A stretch of 64,000 nucleotides of DNA from Acidobacteriota bacterium (GCA_963664705.1 OY761556.1:3296001-3360000); one strand, 5' to 3'; positions 9,059 through 17,559 are shown, counted from the stretch's first letter. A program made the numbers and translations. The notes: generated by a model from the sequence alone, not told the origin.

Positions 9059-10516
9059 TTACACCCCGGCTTCCCGAATATACAGGGGGAGATGGGCATC
9101 GGGAGGCTTTCGGCGAAACAGCCTTTTCAGGTTCAAAATACTGGACCATATGACCTGAGTATTCACGAGGCTTTCTCTGCCTAGTTGCCACATGATCCGC
9201 GGCCGGCCATAAAACCGGATATACGCGCGCCGATAGAGTTCAAACAGGCGCTTGTTGCTGAGATGATTCCGCTCAAAGGAAACCTGTTCGGTCGTGCAGG
9301 TATCCCAATTGATGGAATCCAGGGACAGCTTGTTCTCGCGGAGCGCCTCGTTGAACAGCGCAGTTCCGGGTACCGGTATCACAATACTGAAATTTGCCCG
9401 GCTCAACGGGAGCTCCACGGCGAGGTTGATCGTTTCCATGATCTCCGCCTCCGTTTCGTCCATGAAGCCAAGCATGAAGTATCCGATGATTTTCATCCGG
9501 CTGTTTGCGGCAACCATGCGGGCTTGCCTCCGAATGGTATCCACCGTGACTTTCTTCTGAATAACCTGCTGCATTCTTTCGCTGCCGGATTCAATCCCTA
9601 CGGCAATGCACTCGCACCCGGCCGTCTCCATAAGCCGGAGCAGTTCCGGATTCAATGAATCCAGCCGCAATCCCACCGGGCAGTCCCATTTCAGGTTGAA
9701 CTGGGCTTGAATAACACGCTCGCAGAATTCCGAGGCGTACCGTTGATCCAGGGTAAATTCGTCGTCGACGATGCTGAACCGTGTGATGTTGTAGCGTTTC
9801 TTCAGAAACGCGAGCTCTTCCATGACGCGGTCGAGGTTGCGATGACGCAGCTTCTTGCCGGACAGTCCGGGTGTATTGCAGTAAATGCATGGATACGGAC
9901 AGCCACGCGTTGTCAGGAGAGGATAGTATTCGTTATAGATAAAACCCGGGTACGTATCGGGCTTGATGAGCTCCCATGCTGGCATGCCAAAGGCATCCAA
10001 ATCCTCGGTAAAGCCGACCGGGTTGAGCATGATCTTCTGCTGCGCAACGCTGCGCCAGACCAATCCCGGGATATCCAGCAGGAAGCTCTCCGGGATTTCC
10101 CTCCCGTGCTTCCCGATGAGAGAAACCAGCTTCGGCAGCCCGATTTCCGCTTCGGACCTCCAGGCGAAATCGAGGTCGGGCATGGAGTTCAGGACAAACT
10201 CCGGAAGCGCGGATGGGTGAGGGCCGCCGACAAGCGTCACTGCCTTCGGGCAAACCTGCCGAACGATCTTCAGGTGATGCTTGACGTAGTTGTGATCCCG
10301 GCTGTAGCAGCGAAACCCAATGATGTCAAAGGAACTCGATTTCAGAAACTCCTTAAAGCCGGCGAAGTTCATTCCTTCCTTGGGGCAGTCCAGCAGGGTT
10401 ACCGCATGGCCATGCTTCTGCAGCGCTGTTCCCAAAATGATGATTCCCAGGTCGGGGGCAATCTGCAGATTGTTCCCTTCGCGAACCGGCAGTACGAGCA
10501 AAATGTTCAGACTCAT
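9059..10516 (-). CDS. Cobalamin-dependent (class B) radical SAM protein
   Basis: N-terminal B12-binding domain (VGGPHPS); TRGCPYPCIYC; GIESGS; PVPGT. Confidence 0.9.
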   Translation of the reverse strand: MSLNILLVLPVREGNNLQIAPDLGIIILGTALQKHGHAVTLLDCPKEGMNFAGFKEFLKSSSFDIIGFRCYSRDHNYVKHHLKIVRQVCPKAVTLVGGPHPSALPEFVLNSMPDLDFAWRSEAEIGLPKLVSLIGKHGREIPESFLLDIPGLVWRSVAQQKIMLNPVGFTEDLDAFGMPAWELIKPDTYPGFIYNEYYPLLTTRGCPYPCIYCNTPGLSGKKLRHRNLDRVMEELAFLKKRYNITRFSIVDDEFTLDQRYASEFCERVIQAQFNLKWDCPVGLRLDSLNPELLRLMETAGCECIAVGIESGSERMQQVIQKKVTVDTIRRQARMVAANSRMKIIGYFMLGFMDETEAEIMETINLAVELPLSRANFSIVIPVPGTALFNEALRENKLSLDSINWDTCTTEQVSFERNHLSNKRLFELYRRAYIRFYGRPRIMWQLGRESLVNTQVIWSSILNLKRLFRRKPPDAHLPLYIREAGV

Positions 10517-10580
10517 GAGACGAGATTACCCCAGCCGAAGCGCGCGAGACAAATGAATTTGGCCAAAACGCGATCCTGCT

Positions 10581-10608
10581 TTGACTGGGTGCGTTGGAGC
10601 GTTATAAT
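10581..10608 (+). promoter_or_regulatory. Sigma70-type promoter of ssrA
   Basis: TTGACT-16 bp-TATAAT, ending 20 bp upstream of the tmRNA. Confidence 0.75.
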
Positions 10609-10627
10609 TAATAGGTACATATCATGA

Positions 10628-10977
10628 GGGGGTGAACTGGATTCGACGGTAATCATGAGACAATTGAGGCATGTCCGAGTACCTGGATCTCGGAATAATC
10701 TCTAGGAAAACAATTAATCGCCAACGAACAGTTGCCGATGGCTGCCTAATAGGTGGCCCGTCACCCCATGCTCCGCCCATGGTGTGGGAGCGTGACGACC
10801 GCAGTGGGATGCGCCAGGTTCAAACTTGTAGACCTGGCTAAGATTACAAGTTAGCGAGGAAGCGTCCCTGTGAGTTCGTACGACTCGATCGCGAAATCTG
10901 TAACGGACTCAATAAACATGTAGTCTCAATTGATCGAAGGTTGTCGGACGCGGGTTCGATTCCCGCCACCTCCACCA
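10628..10977 (+). ncRNA. ssrA: tmRNA; tag peptide ANEQLPMAA* at 10720-10749
   Basis: 5' GGGGGTGAACTGGATTCGAC; 3' GCGGGTTCGATTCCCGCCACCTCCACCA; Ala acceptor stem with G3:U70; tag ends in AA-stop. Confidence 0.97.
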
Positions 10978-11051
10978 GCCTTCGCTAAAGCTCCGGCTGG
11001 CCAGCCGGAGTTTTAGCGAAGGCTGTCCGCCGAAGCGCCGCGAAGGCGGAC
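10977..11051. repeat. 48-bp near-perfect palindrome plus second hairpin (REP-like) abutting the tmRNA 3' end
   Basis: AGCCTTCGCTAAAGCTCCGGCTGG/CCAGCCGGAGTTTTAGCGAAGGCT (1 mismatch), then GTCCGCC...GGCGGAC. Confidence 0.8.
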
Positions 11052-11133
11052 CCTACCGCCAAACATGCCCTGTCGAAGACAACGCTCCTGCAAGTTTTAT
11101 TGGCTCAATTCTCCTCCACTTCATTAGTTAAGC

Positions 11134-11376
11134 ATGAAATATGTATACCTTCTGCAAAGCATCGCATGCCCGGGACAACGCTACGTCGGGCTGACTGAAA
11201 ACCTTTGCCGGCGCCTGGCCGCCCATAATAGCTGCCGTTCACGCCACACCTCAAAATATGCCCCTTGGCGTATTGTTGCAGCAATTCGCTTTATCGACGA
11301 TCAGCGCGCCGTCGCCTTCGAGCAGTATCTCAAGTCCGGATCCGGCCGCGCTTTTGCCAACAAGCATCTCTGGTAA
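11134..11376 (+). CDS. Small stand-alone GIY-YIG nuclease (UPF0213/YhbQ-like)
   Basis: YVYLL...YVG.T..L.RRL..HN...T.KY.PW...E..LK pattern, 80 aa. Confidence 0.9.
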   Translation: MKYVYLLQSIACPGQRYVGLTENLCRRLAAHNSCRSRHTSKYAPWRIVAAIRFIDDQRAVAFEQYLKSGSGRAFANKHLW

Positions 11377-11426
11377 AAATTGTGGACACCCATGAATTGG
11401 GGATGAATCTTGGGTGTCCCGAATTT
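11377..11426. repeat. Imperfect inverted repeat (GGACACCCA.../...TGGGTGTCC)
   Basis: AAATTGTGGACACCCATGAATT versus AATCTTGGGTGTCCCGAATTT. Confidence 0.65.
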
Positions 11427-11447
11427 GGATTTTGATAGACGCAAAAT

Positions 11448-11492
11448 CCTTCCGTCTGGATCCACGAGATTCACGGGATCATTTTTGACGTA
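11448..11492 (-). pseudogene. Rhs core/toxin junction remnant
   Basis: Translates to YVKNDPVNLVDPDGR, the YxxNxPxxxxDPxG hallmark of Rhs-associated cores. Confidence 0.75.
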
Positions 11493-11546
11493 AATGGCAT
11501 GTGTCACGATTTATCCATCACTGAGAACCGCTATCTCTTGGGTCGG

Positions 11547-12155
11547 TCATTGCGGAGAATGCGGCAAACTAATGGTAACTTCCGTGGACGACAACATGGT
11601 CACCTGTTTTAAAAATATAGATTCAGTTCCCTTCATGATGGCCAGGACATATTCTCCAAATGGAAGTCCAGTCAGAATAAATTTTCCATCGATCACTTCA
11701 TTTTCAGCGTAGTATTTGTTGCCGGTGATTGGTAACAAGCGGACCCACAATTTGGCACTTTCAGGAGGAGATGGAACAATCCTTCCCTGACATACACTAA
11801 CCGGCCCATCAGATATTCTGGCTATCGAGAGAAAGATACGAAACGATATCTGCGGTTGCATAGCGCTCAAATGCTCTTCATGCCAGCTAAAACCAGTCGC
11901 TTTGATTCGTAGGATATAGTATCCGAATGGAACAATCGCGCTTAATAGGCCTTCTTTGATACTTATTTGCTTCGAATAATCTTTGCCAGACCCTTCTTCC
12001 ACCAATTCAGCGTTGAAATTCTTTATTGAGGCAGCTAAGGGATATCCCAGAACGATAGCTTGAATATGCGCCTCAGGAACATCCTTGGCTGTGGCTTGTC
12101 CAATTGTAATCTGCAGCAAGCAGATCCAAAGAGTCGCGCTCACTATTTTCGTCAT
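11547..12155 (-). CDS. Secreted hypothetical protein with carboxypeptidase-regulatory-like beta-sandwiches; candidate Rhs immunity protein
   Basis: Signal peptide MTKIVSATLWICLLQITIGQATA; VPFGYY.L.I.A.GF and F.LTGLPFGEYVL patterns; ATG overlaps the upstream TAA (TAATG); AT-rich. Confidence 0.65.
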   Translation of the reverse strand: MTKIVSATLWICLLQITIGQATAKDVPEAHIQAIVLGYPLAASIKNFNAELVEEGSGKDYSKQISIKEGLLSAIVPFGYYILRIKATGFSWHEEHLSAMQPQISFRIFLSIARISDGPVSVCQGRIVPSPPESAKLWVRLLPITGNKYYAENEVIDGKFILTGLPFGEYVLAIMKGTESIFLKQVTMLSSTEVTISLPHSPQ

Positions 12156-12266
12156 TATTTGCCCTTTCCTTTCACGCAATAATTTTCAATCCAGTTTGAA
12201 ATGTTTATTGAGGGCCCATGGCTCAAGCGCAGGGTATCCTGGATTTGCTCATCGCCCAAGCCTCTT
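12155..12266 (-). pseudogene. C-terminal fragment of a probable Rhs toxin domain
   Basis: RGLGDEQIQDTLRLSHGPSINISNWIENYCVKGKGK*; coupled to the downstream gene; no credible start; cut by a 7-mer repeat element. Confidence 0.45.
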
Positions 12267-12307
12267 GATTCCAACCACTTGATTTCAGATTCCAGACAAT
12301 AGACCGG
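12267..12307. repeat. 7-mer periodic element (GATTYCA family), shared with 49951-49990
   Basis: GATTTCAGATTCCAGAC..AGACCGG occurs at 12281 and at 49965. Confidence 0.6.
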
Positions 12308-12376
12308 GGGGTGCAGGTAAAGTCTGCACATACATGCGTTTACTTGCACTTACGGCATTGAGGCAAGGATCGTCCC

Positions 12377-12406
12377 AAAAAGAGGCCACTCCGAGAAGCG
12401 GCCTCT
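12377..12406 (-). terminator. Intrinsic terminator
   Basis: Minus strand AGAGGCCGCT-TCTCGG-AGTGGCCTCT-TTTT, just after the stop at 12421. Confidence 0.65.
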
Positions 12407-12420
12407 CGTAATTTTGCAAT

Positions 12421-12876
12421 TTATTGTTTGCTGCCTTGAACGGTCAGATCATAACCAAGCAACAAGGAAACAGGATTGCCTTCCAAATCAAATGTATTGA
12501 GGCGCATGTCGATTACATGCAGTCCTGCTTGCAACGGAGTTTAGACTAGATAAACGCCGACGGTTGTATCCATATCCACAAATTGGAATGGGGCGGCAAA
12601 GATGTATTTACCCAAGTCCCTCACCTTCACACCATTAATTGCGCAGGTGAGATCGCCGTTGGATGTCATGTATTGAAGCATTTCTACATAAGCGTCTTTA
12701 TCCGCAATGCTAATTGGTATACCGACCACCCAAACCAAAACGGCCTTTCCCAGCGGCACAACCGCAGGAAACCGCTGTGGAACCTCATTCCATTGTGTAC
12801 TCGGTAGGAAAAGCTTGGGTCTTTGATCAAGTAGGTATTTCTACGGATTGTCTTGCCTGCAGCTTCATGCTTCCAT
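12421..12876 (-). pseudogene. Decayed gene for a hypothetical protein (in-frame stops at 12541, 12841, 12865)
   Basis: One frame reads ...LFLP...VPLGKAVLV...INGVKVRDLGKY...GVYLV*TPLQAGLHVI...YDLTVQGSKQ* and is followed by a terminator. Confidence 0.5.
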
Positions 12877-12906
12877 TGAAACAGCTAAATGGACGGAGAA
12901 TCCACA

Positions 12907-12999
12907 ATGGTAATATTTGCCATCGGGCTATTCTTGGGTGCTACGGTCGGATTGCTGGGAGCACTTTTCTGCCTGGCCGCGGACAAATACCTGGAGTGA
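12907..12999 (+). CDS. 30-aa single-TM small protein (DUF3789-like)
   Basis: GGAG RBS; MVIFAIGLFLGATVGLLGALFCLAADKYLE*; GxxxGxxxG TM motif; too short for the ORF track. Confidence 0.45.
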   Translation: MVIFAIGLFLGATVGLLGALFCLAADKYLE

Positions 13000-13191
13000 G
13001 CAGATCCCGTTTCGACCATCCCTCTGCCGCTTCGTATCTACCCAAGGTCCTCAACTTCACGACTCATCGAGTTTTCAGTTGCAACGGCGAACAGCCGGAG
13101 TGTGCGCAGAATTTGCCCGTGCAGGGCTGAAATCAGGTTATAATCCGCACTTTCATCAACGGTACTTTTTCGTGCGAGTGCAGCCCGGGTA

Positions 13192-14262
13192 ATGGATCGT
13201 CCCAAAACACTCCCTTTTTCACTGCGATATACCCCGATGCTGGATGGCATCCGCGGTCTTGCCGTCGTCGCGGTCATGATCGTTCACATGAAGATTCCCT
13301 ATCTGCAGTGGGGATACCTGGGGGTGGATGTTTTCTTCACTCTGAGCGGCTTTCTGATCACGACGATTCTTGTGCAGGAGTGGGTGGAAACGGGAACCAT
13401 TAACTTTAGGAATTTCTATGCGCGCCGTGCACTGCGGCTCCTTCCGGCGTTGTCACTCCTGCTCATCGCAACCCTGCTGCCGCTGAACCCTGTGGCGCTG
13501 CCGCAGCGTCTCAAGGCTGCGGGAATCGCCCTCTTCTACAGTTCCAACTGGGTCCGCGCCCTGGCTCCCGACTTTAACCTCTCGGCCCTCGCCCACACGT
13601 GGTCGCTCTCTGTCGAAGAGCAGTTTTATTTCCTGTGGCCCATAGCCCTGGCCCTGTTGCTTCGCCGATGCTCTTCCGCGGGAAAACTGGTGTCCATTCT
13701 CGGTCTTGCCACGCTTGCATCCATTGCGTGCCGTGTGGTCCTTTGGAAGGCCGGCGCCGGTGCCATGCGCCTTTATAACGGCCTGGATACGCGCGCGGAT
13801 TCACTACTGGCAGGATGTCTGCTGAGTCTGCTGCTTTCCTTCGGAATACTCAAAAGCGGCATCAGGATCAGGCCGGTCGCAATCGGTGCGCTGGCTGTCA
13901 TTGCCATCCCCGGACTTCTGATGGTCTTCAGTTCAGAGTGGAACGACAGTTACATGTTCCTGGCGGGGTATACGTTGATGGCACTCGGCTCCGCCGCTTT
14001 GATTTTTCTGGCCATTAGCCCGGGTTCGCCTGCGCTGAAGGCGGTGCTTTCCTTCCGCCCGCTGGTATGGATTGGAAGTGTCTCCTACGGAGTCTACCTC
14101 TGGCATTACCCGATCTTTGCCTACTTCGAAGGACTTGGATGGCCGCGGCTGTTGAAGGTGGCGGGGATGTGGAGTACGGTTCTTGCCGTTGCAGCATTAT
14201 CGTTCTATGGGCTGGAGCGACCATTCCTTCGCATGAAACGGCGCTTTCAAAAACAGCCCTGA
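13192..14262 (+). CDS. Acyltransferase family 3 (OafA/YrhL-like O-acyltransferase)
   Basis: LDGIRGLAV..V..H, GVDVFFTLSGFLI, RRALRLLP, HTWSLSVEEQFY, SYGVYLWH. Confidence 0.93.
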   Translation: MDRPKTLPFSLRYTPMLDGIRGLAVVAVMIVHMKIPYLQWGYLGVDVFFTLSGFLITTILVQEWVETGTINFRNFYARRALRLLPALSLLLIATLLPLNPVALPQRLKAAGIALFYSSNWVRALAPDFNLSALAHTWSLSVEEQFYFLWPIALALLLRRCSSAGKLVSILGLATLASIACRVVLWKAGAGAMRLYNGLDTRADSLLAGCLLSLLLSFGILKSGIRIRPVAIGALAVIAIPGLLMVFSSEWNDSYMFLAGYTLMALGSAALIFLAISPGSPALKAVLSFRPLVWIGSVSYGVYLWHYPIFAYFEGLGWPRLLKVAGMWSTVLAVAALSFYGLERPFLRMKRRFQKQP

Positions 14263-14268
14263 GACAAG

Positions 14269-14311
14269 TCTGCCACGAACCGCACGGACCTTGCGTGCAA
14301 TTCGTGGCAGA
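14269..14311. repeat. Palindrome/terminator between convergent genes (GCCACGAA...TTCGTGGC family)
   Basis: TCTGCCACGAACCGCACG / CGTGCAATTCGTGGCAGA; same ends at 62114-62154. Confidence 0.6.
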
Positions 14312-14325
14312 AAACCTCGTCCGAA

Positions 14326-15930
14326 TTACAACCGCAGCATGGATGCTTTCAATACGCCTTCCAGCTGACTCAACTGCATCAGAACGGATTCGCTCACTTC
14401 CCCGTCCACGCTGACGAAAGACACAGCCTTTTCGCCTTTTTGGTTCCGGCTCCATTGCATGGCTGCAATGTTGATCCCGTTTGCGCCGAGCAGCGTCCCC
14501 ACGCGTCCGATGGTACCCGGCATATCGATATTCTGAATAGCAATCACATACGGTGCCGGTTCGAAATCGAGTTTATAGCCGAAGAAATCGACAATCCGGA
14601 GATCTTCCTTGGCAAACACCGTCCCGGAAATCGACAATTCCTTGGTCTTCGTGATGAATTTGACCGTGATCAGGTTGGTGTATTTGTCGAGATGGGAATT
14701 TTTGCTTTCCGTCAGTTGGAGGCCCATGTTCTCCGCAATCAGCTCCGCGTTGACATAGTTCACCTTCTCCGGAACGATCGGGCTCAGGAAGCCTTTCAGG
14801 AAGGACAGCGAAATGACCTTGGTTTCCTTGTCGGCCAGGTCTCCGCTGTAAACGACCTCCAACCTCTGCACCGTTTCCTTCTCGGCCTGGTAATAAACTT
14901 TCCCCAACATCTCCGCCAGATCGATATACGGTTTGAGCTCTTTCAGGTCGCCGGGTTTTAACGGAGGCATGTTGACGGCAGCCACCAGTTCACCGTTCAG
15001 TGCATCGCCGACAAGCTTGGTGATAGCGGTCCCGACGTTGTAATTCGCCTCCTCCGTGGAAGCGCCCAGGTGCGGGGTAATGATGACGCTGTCCAGTTCG
15101 AGCAGCGGGTTTTTATAAGTCTGGTCTTCCGGCTTCTTGTCGTAGCCCGGCTCGGGATCCAGGACATCGATGCCGGCTCCAGCCACCTGGCCGCGCTTGA
15201 TGGCATCGTAAAGCGCCTTCTCGTTAATGAGGCCGCCTCGGGCCGCATTGACGAGCCTCACACCCTTTTTGCATTTCTTCAGCTGTTCTTCTCCAACCAT
15301 GCCGTATGTTTCGGTGGTTTTGGGTGTATGGATGGTGATGAGGTCGGACTGGGCCAGCAGTTCATCCAGCGTCTGGCATTTTTCCACGCCATTGCGTTTG
15401 AATTTGTCATCGGTAATGTACGGGTCATAGGCAACAGCCCGCATATTGGCTCCGATCAGTTTTCTGGCAACGATGGATCCGATACGGCCGAGGCCGATAA
15501 TGCCAACCGTCTTCCCGTCGAGTTCCTGCCCCAGGAATTTGTTTCTCCGGAAATCCAGCTTCTTCCCGGCGGAGTTTGCCTGCGCGATGTTTCGGAAAAT
15601 AGCATATGCCATTCCAATAGCAAGTTCCGCTGCAGCCATGGTGTTGCTTTCCGGGGTGTTGACGACAATGATCCCCTTCTTTGTGCAGTGGTCCACATCG
15701 ATGTTGTCGATCCCATTGCCGGCTCTTCCCGCAACTTTCAGATTCACACCCTTATCGATCAGGGCGCGATCCACCTTGGTCACACTTCTGACTATGATTG
15801 CGTCGTATTGATCTATGATTCCGAGCAGATCGCTTTGGGAAATACCGTATTTCACATCAACATCAAACCCGTTCTGGCTCAGGTAATTTACGCCCTCATC
15901 GGCAATTCTCTCAGTAACGATAATTTTCAT
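14326..15930 (-). CDS. serA: D-3-phosphoglycerate dehydrogenase (type I, with ASB and ACT domains)
   Basis: GRAGNGIDNID, GLGRIG, NAARGG, TPHLGASTEEA, C-terminal D.PG.IG...NIA ACT domain. Confidence 0.95.
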   Translation of the reverse strand: MKIIVTERIADEGVNYLSQNGFDVDVKYGISQSDLLGIIDQYDAIIVRSVTKVDRALIDKGVNLKVAGRAGNGIDNIDVDHCTKKGIIVVNTPESNTMAAAELAIGMAYAIFRNIAQANSAGKKLDFRRNKFLGQELDGKTVGIIGLGRIGSIVARKLIGANMRAVAYDPYITDDKFKRNGVEKCQTLDELLAQSDLITIHTPKTTETYGMVGEEQLKKCKKGVRLVNAARGGLINEKALYDAIKRGQVAGAGIDVLDPEPGYDKKPEDQTYKNPLLELDSVIITPHLGASTEEANYNVGTAITKLVGDALNGELVAAVNMPPLKPGDLKELKPYIDLAEMLGKVYYQAEKETVQRLEVVYSGDLADKETKVISLSFLKGFLSPIVPEKVNYVNAELIAENMGLQLTESKNSHLDKYTNLITVKFITKTKELSISGTVFAKEDLRIVDFFGYKLDFEPAPYVIAIQNIDMPGTIGRVGTLLGANGINIAAMQWSRNQKGEKAVSFVSVDGEVSESVLMQLSQLEGVLKASMLRL

Positions 15931-16175
15931 GATGCAATGGCCCCTAATTGATTTGTATCAAAGCTGCTGTAACCGATAGGCGGGACATGCGGCGAATCAC
16001 GTCTATTGACCGGAAGGTTCTGCCTATCGGACACCTGGTCTGCACCCGTCATATTAACATGGAGCGCAAAAGTGAGAGCACGGAAACTGTCGCCTGAGAA
16101 TTCCGTGCATTCTGCTTTCTTCCGTGTTCACCGCAGCCGGAACTGTGCTAAGGTGCTTTCACTTCAAAATCGGGG

Positions 16176-17459
16176 ATGGATACCATGAAGATATGCCGGC
16201 TATCGAAACCAGTTTTGCCTTTATTGCTTTCCACTGCATTTGTTCTCGCATGTTTATTTGCCTTATCCGGAAACCCTCTGGCAGGGGAGGCAACAAAAGG
16301 TAATCGGGCCAATCCCGCGATTACGGAATACGAACCGGCGTTGGCCGTTCGCACGCCCACCTGTATCTCCTGCCATGCCAAAATCCGATCCAGCATCGTC
16401 ACCGATTTCGGTTACGGAGATCGATACTTTTTCGGCAACAAAGCCGGAGGCGGCAAATTCGGCTCATTTGAAGGACACATCTACGGCGATTTCTTCGGCG
16501 GTGAACCGAACAAAACCGGCTGGATTACGGCCGAAATGAGCAAGAGCATCATCGTACCTCAAGCCGATTTCAACCTGGATCTCGCCGCCGCCGGCTCGAA
16601 GCTTCCAGGCCAGTATAAAGAGGCGCTGCAGTCAAAATCCCTTGCTCAATATCTGCGTGCACTGGAAAAACAGAAGCAGGCGCCCGCTCCCGTGATCGAA
16701 AAGAAAAATGTCTATATCGGAGCCCCGGATGTCGCAACCCTGGAAGCGCGATTTGACATCCCTGCGGGATCAGGCGCAAAAATCAAGTATGTCAAAACTT
16801 CCAGCGCTTCCCCCGCTATCAGCGGCATCGGGCTCGCTCAGGAAAAAACCTATTTCACCAACACCGCGGAGATCGTATGCGATGGAGATCTGCTTGTGCG
16901 CGGAACCCTCTTCCTGAAGCAACCGGTTGTGGCCACCGATACAGGATGCCGCATCTATGCCACGGGGCCTGTTTTTTTGCAGGGACCCATCACCTACAGG
17001 AATCGAGGGAAATCCTCTGACGACAGAACGAACCTGCAACTGGTCAGTTCCAAAGCCATCCTGTTGGGACTGGGAGACAAGAGCTGCGATTCAACTTACA
17101 AAGACAGCCCTCTTTCCCGTCGCCTGATTTCCGGCCTGGCGGTTTCCACCTACTGGACGCGGGAAGCCGTCAAAATGTCGATCGATCCGCTCAAATGGGG
17201 AGAGGCTGTTTATGCGGAAGGCAAAAAGATTCCCGGGCTGGAAGATGCCGGATGCACCGGCGACAACCTGGATTTTTCGCGCCTGCTGCTCAATGCGCCG
17301 CAGGTGCACAGCCGTTACAAGGGAAATTTCAAGGGACTGATCATCGCGGAACTCGTTCTCTATCGGCTGGGAAAATCAAATTTCGAATTCGATCCGGTGT
17401 TCAAGAGCGTCCCGGTCCTGCCGCGTCTCAAGGATACGGATTATCTGGTGGTCCAATAG
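16176..17459 (+). CDS. Secreted hypothetical protein with a single CxxCH heme-c motif
   Basis: Signal peptide ending PLA; CISCH at 16362-16376. Confidence 0.7.
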   Translation: MDTMKICRLSKPVLPLLLSTAFVLACLFALSGNPLAGEATKGNRANPAITEYEPALAVRTPTCISCHAKIRSSIVTDFGYGDRYFFGNKAGGGKFGSFEGHIYGDFFGGEPNKTGWITAEMSKSIIVPQADFNLDLAAAGSKLPGQYKEALQSKSLAQYLRALEKQKQAPAPVIEKKNVYIGAPDVATLEARFDIPAGSGAKIKYVKTSSASPAISGIGLAQEKTYFTNTAEIVCDGDLLVRGTLFLKQPVVATDTGCRIYATGPVFLQGPITYRNRGKSSDDRTNLQLVSSKAILLGLGDKSCDSTYKDSPLSRRLISGLAVSTYWTREAVKMSIDPLKWGEAVYAEGKKIPGLEDAGCTGDNLDFSRLLLNAPQVHSRYKGNFKGLIIAELVLYRLGKSNFEFDPVFKSVPVLPRLKDTDYLVVQ

Positions 17460-17504
17460 GATTGAAGGCCGCGAGAGCCTGAGAGCTTATAAAAAGCTTA
17501 TGCG

Positions 17505-17538
17505 AATAGGCCGGGAATTTAGCTTTCCCGGCCCATTT
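17505..17538. terminator. Hairpin between convergent genes
   Basis: GGCCGGGAA/TTCCCGGCC stem. Confidence 0.55.
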
Positions 17539-17559
17539 GCGTTAAAAACCCGATCGTCG

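Noticed and set aside
10978-13190. Prophage or integrative element at ssrA
   Set aside because: No integrase, phage genes or duplicated tmRNA 3' end seen; only a small decayed islet.
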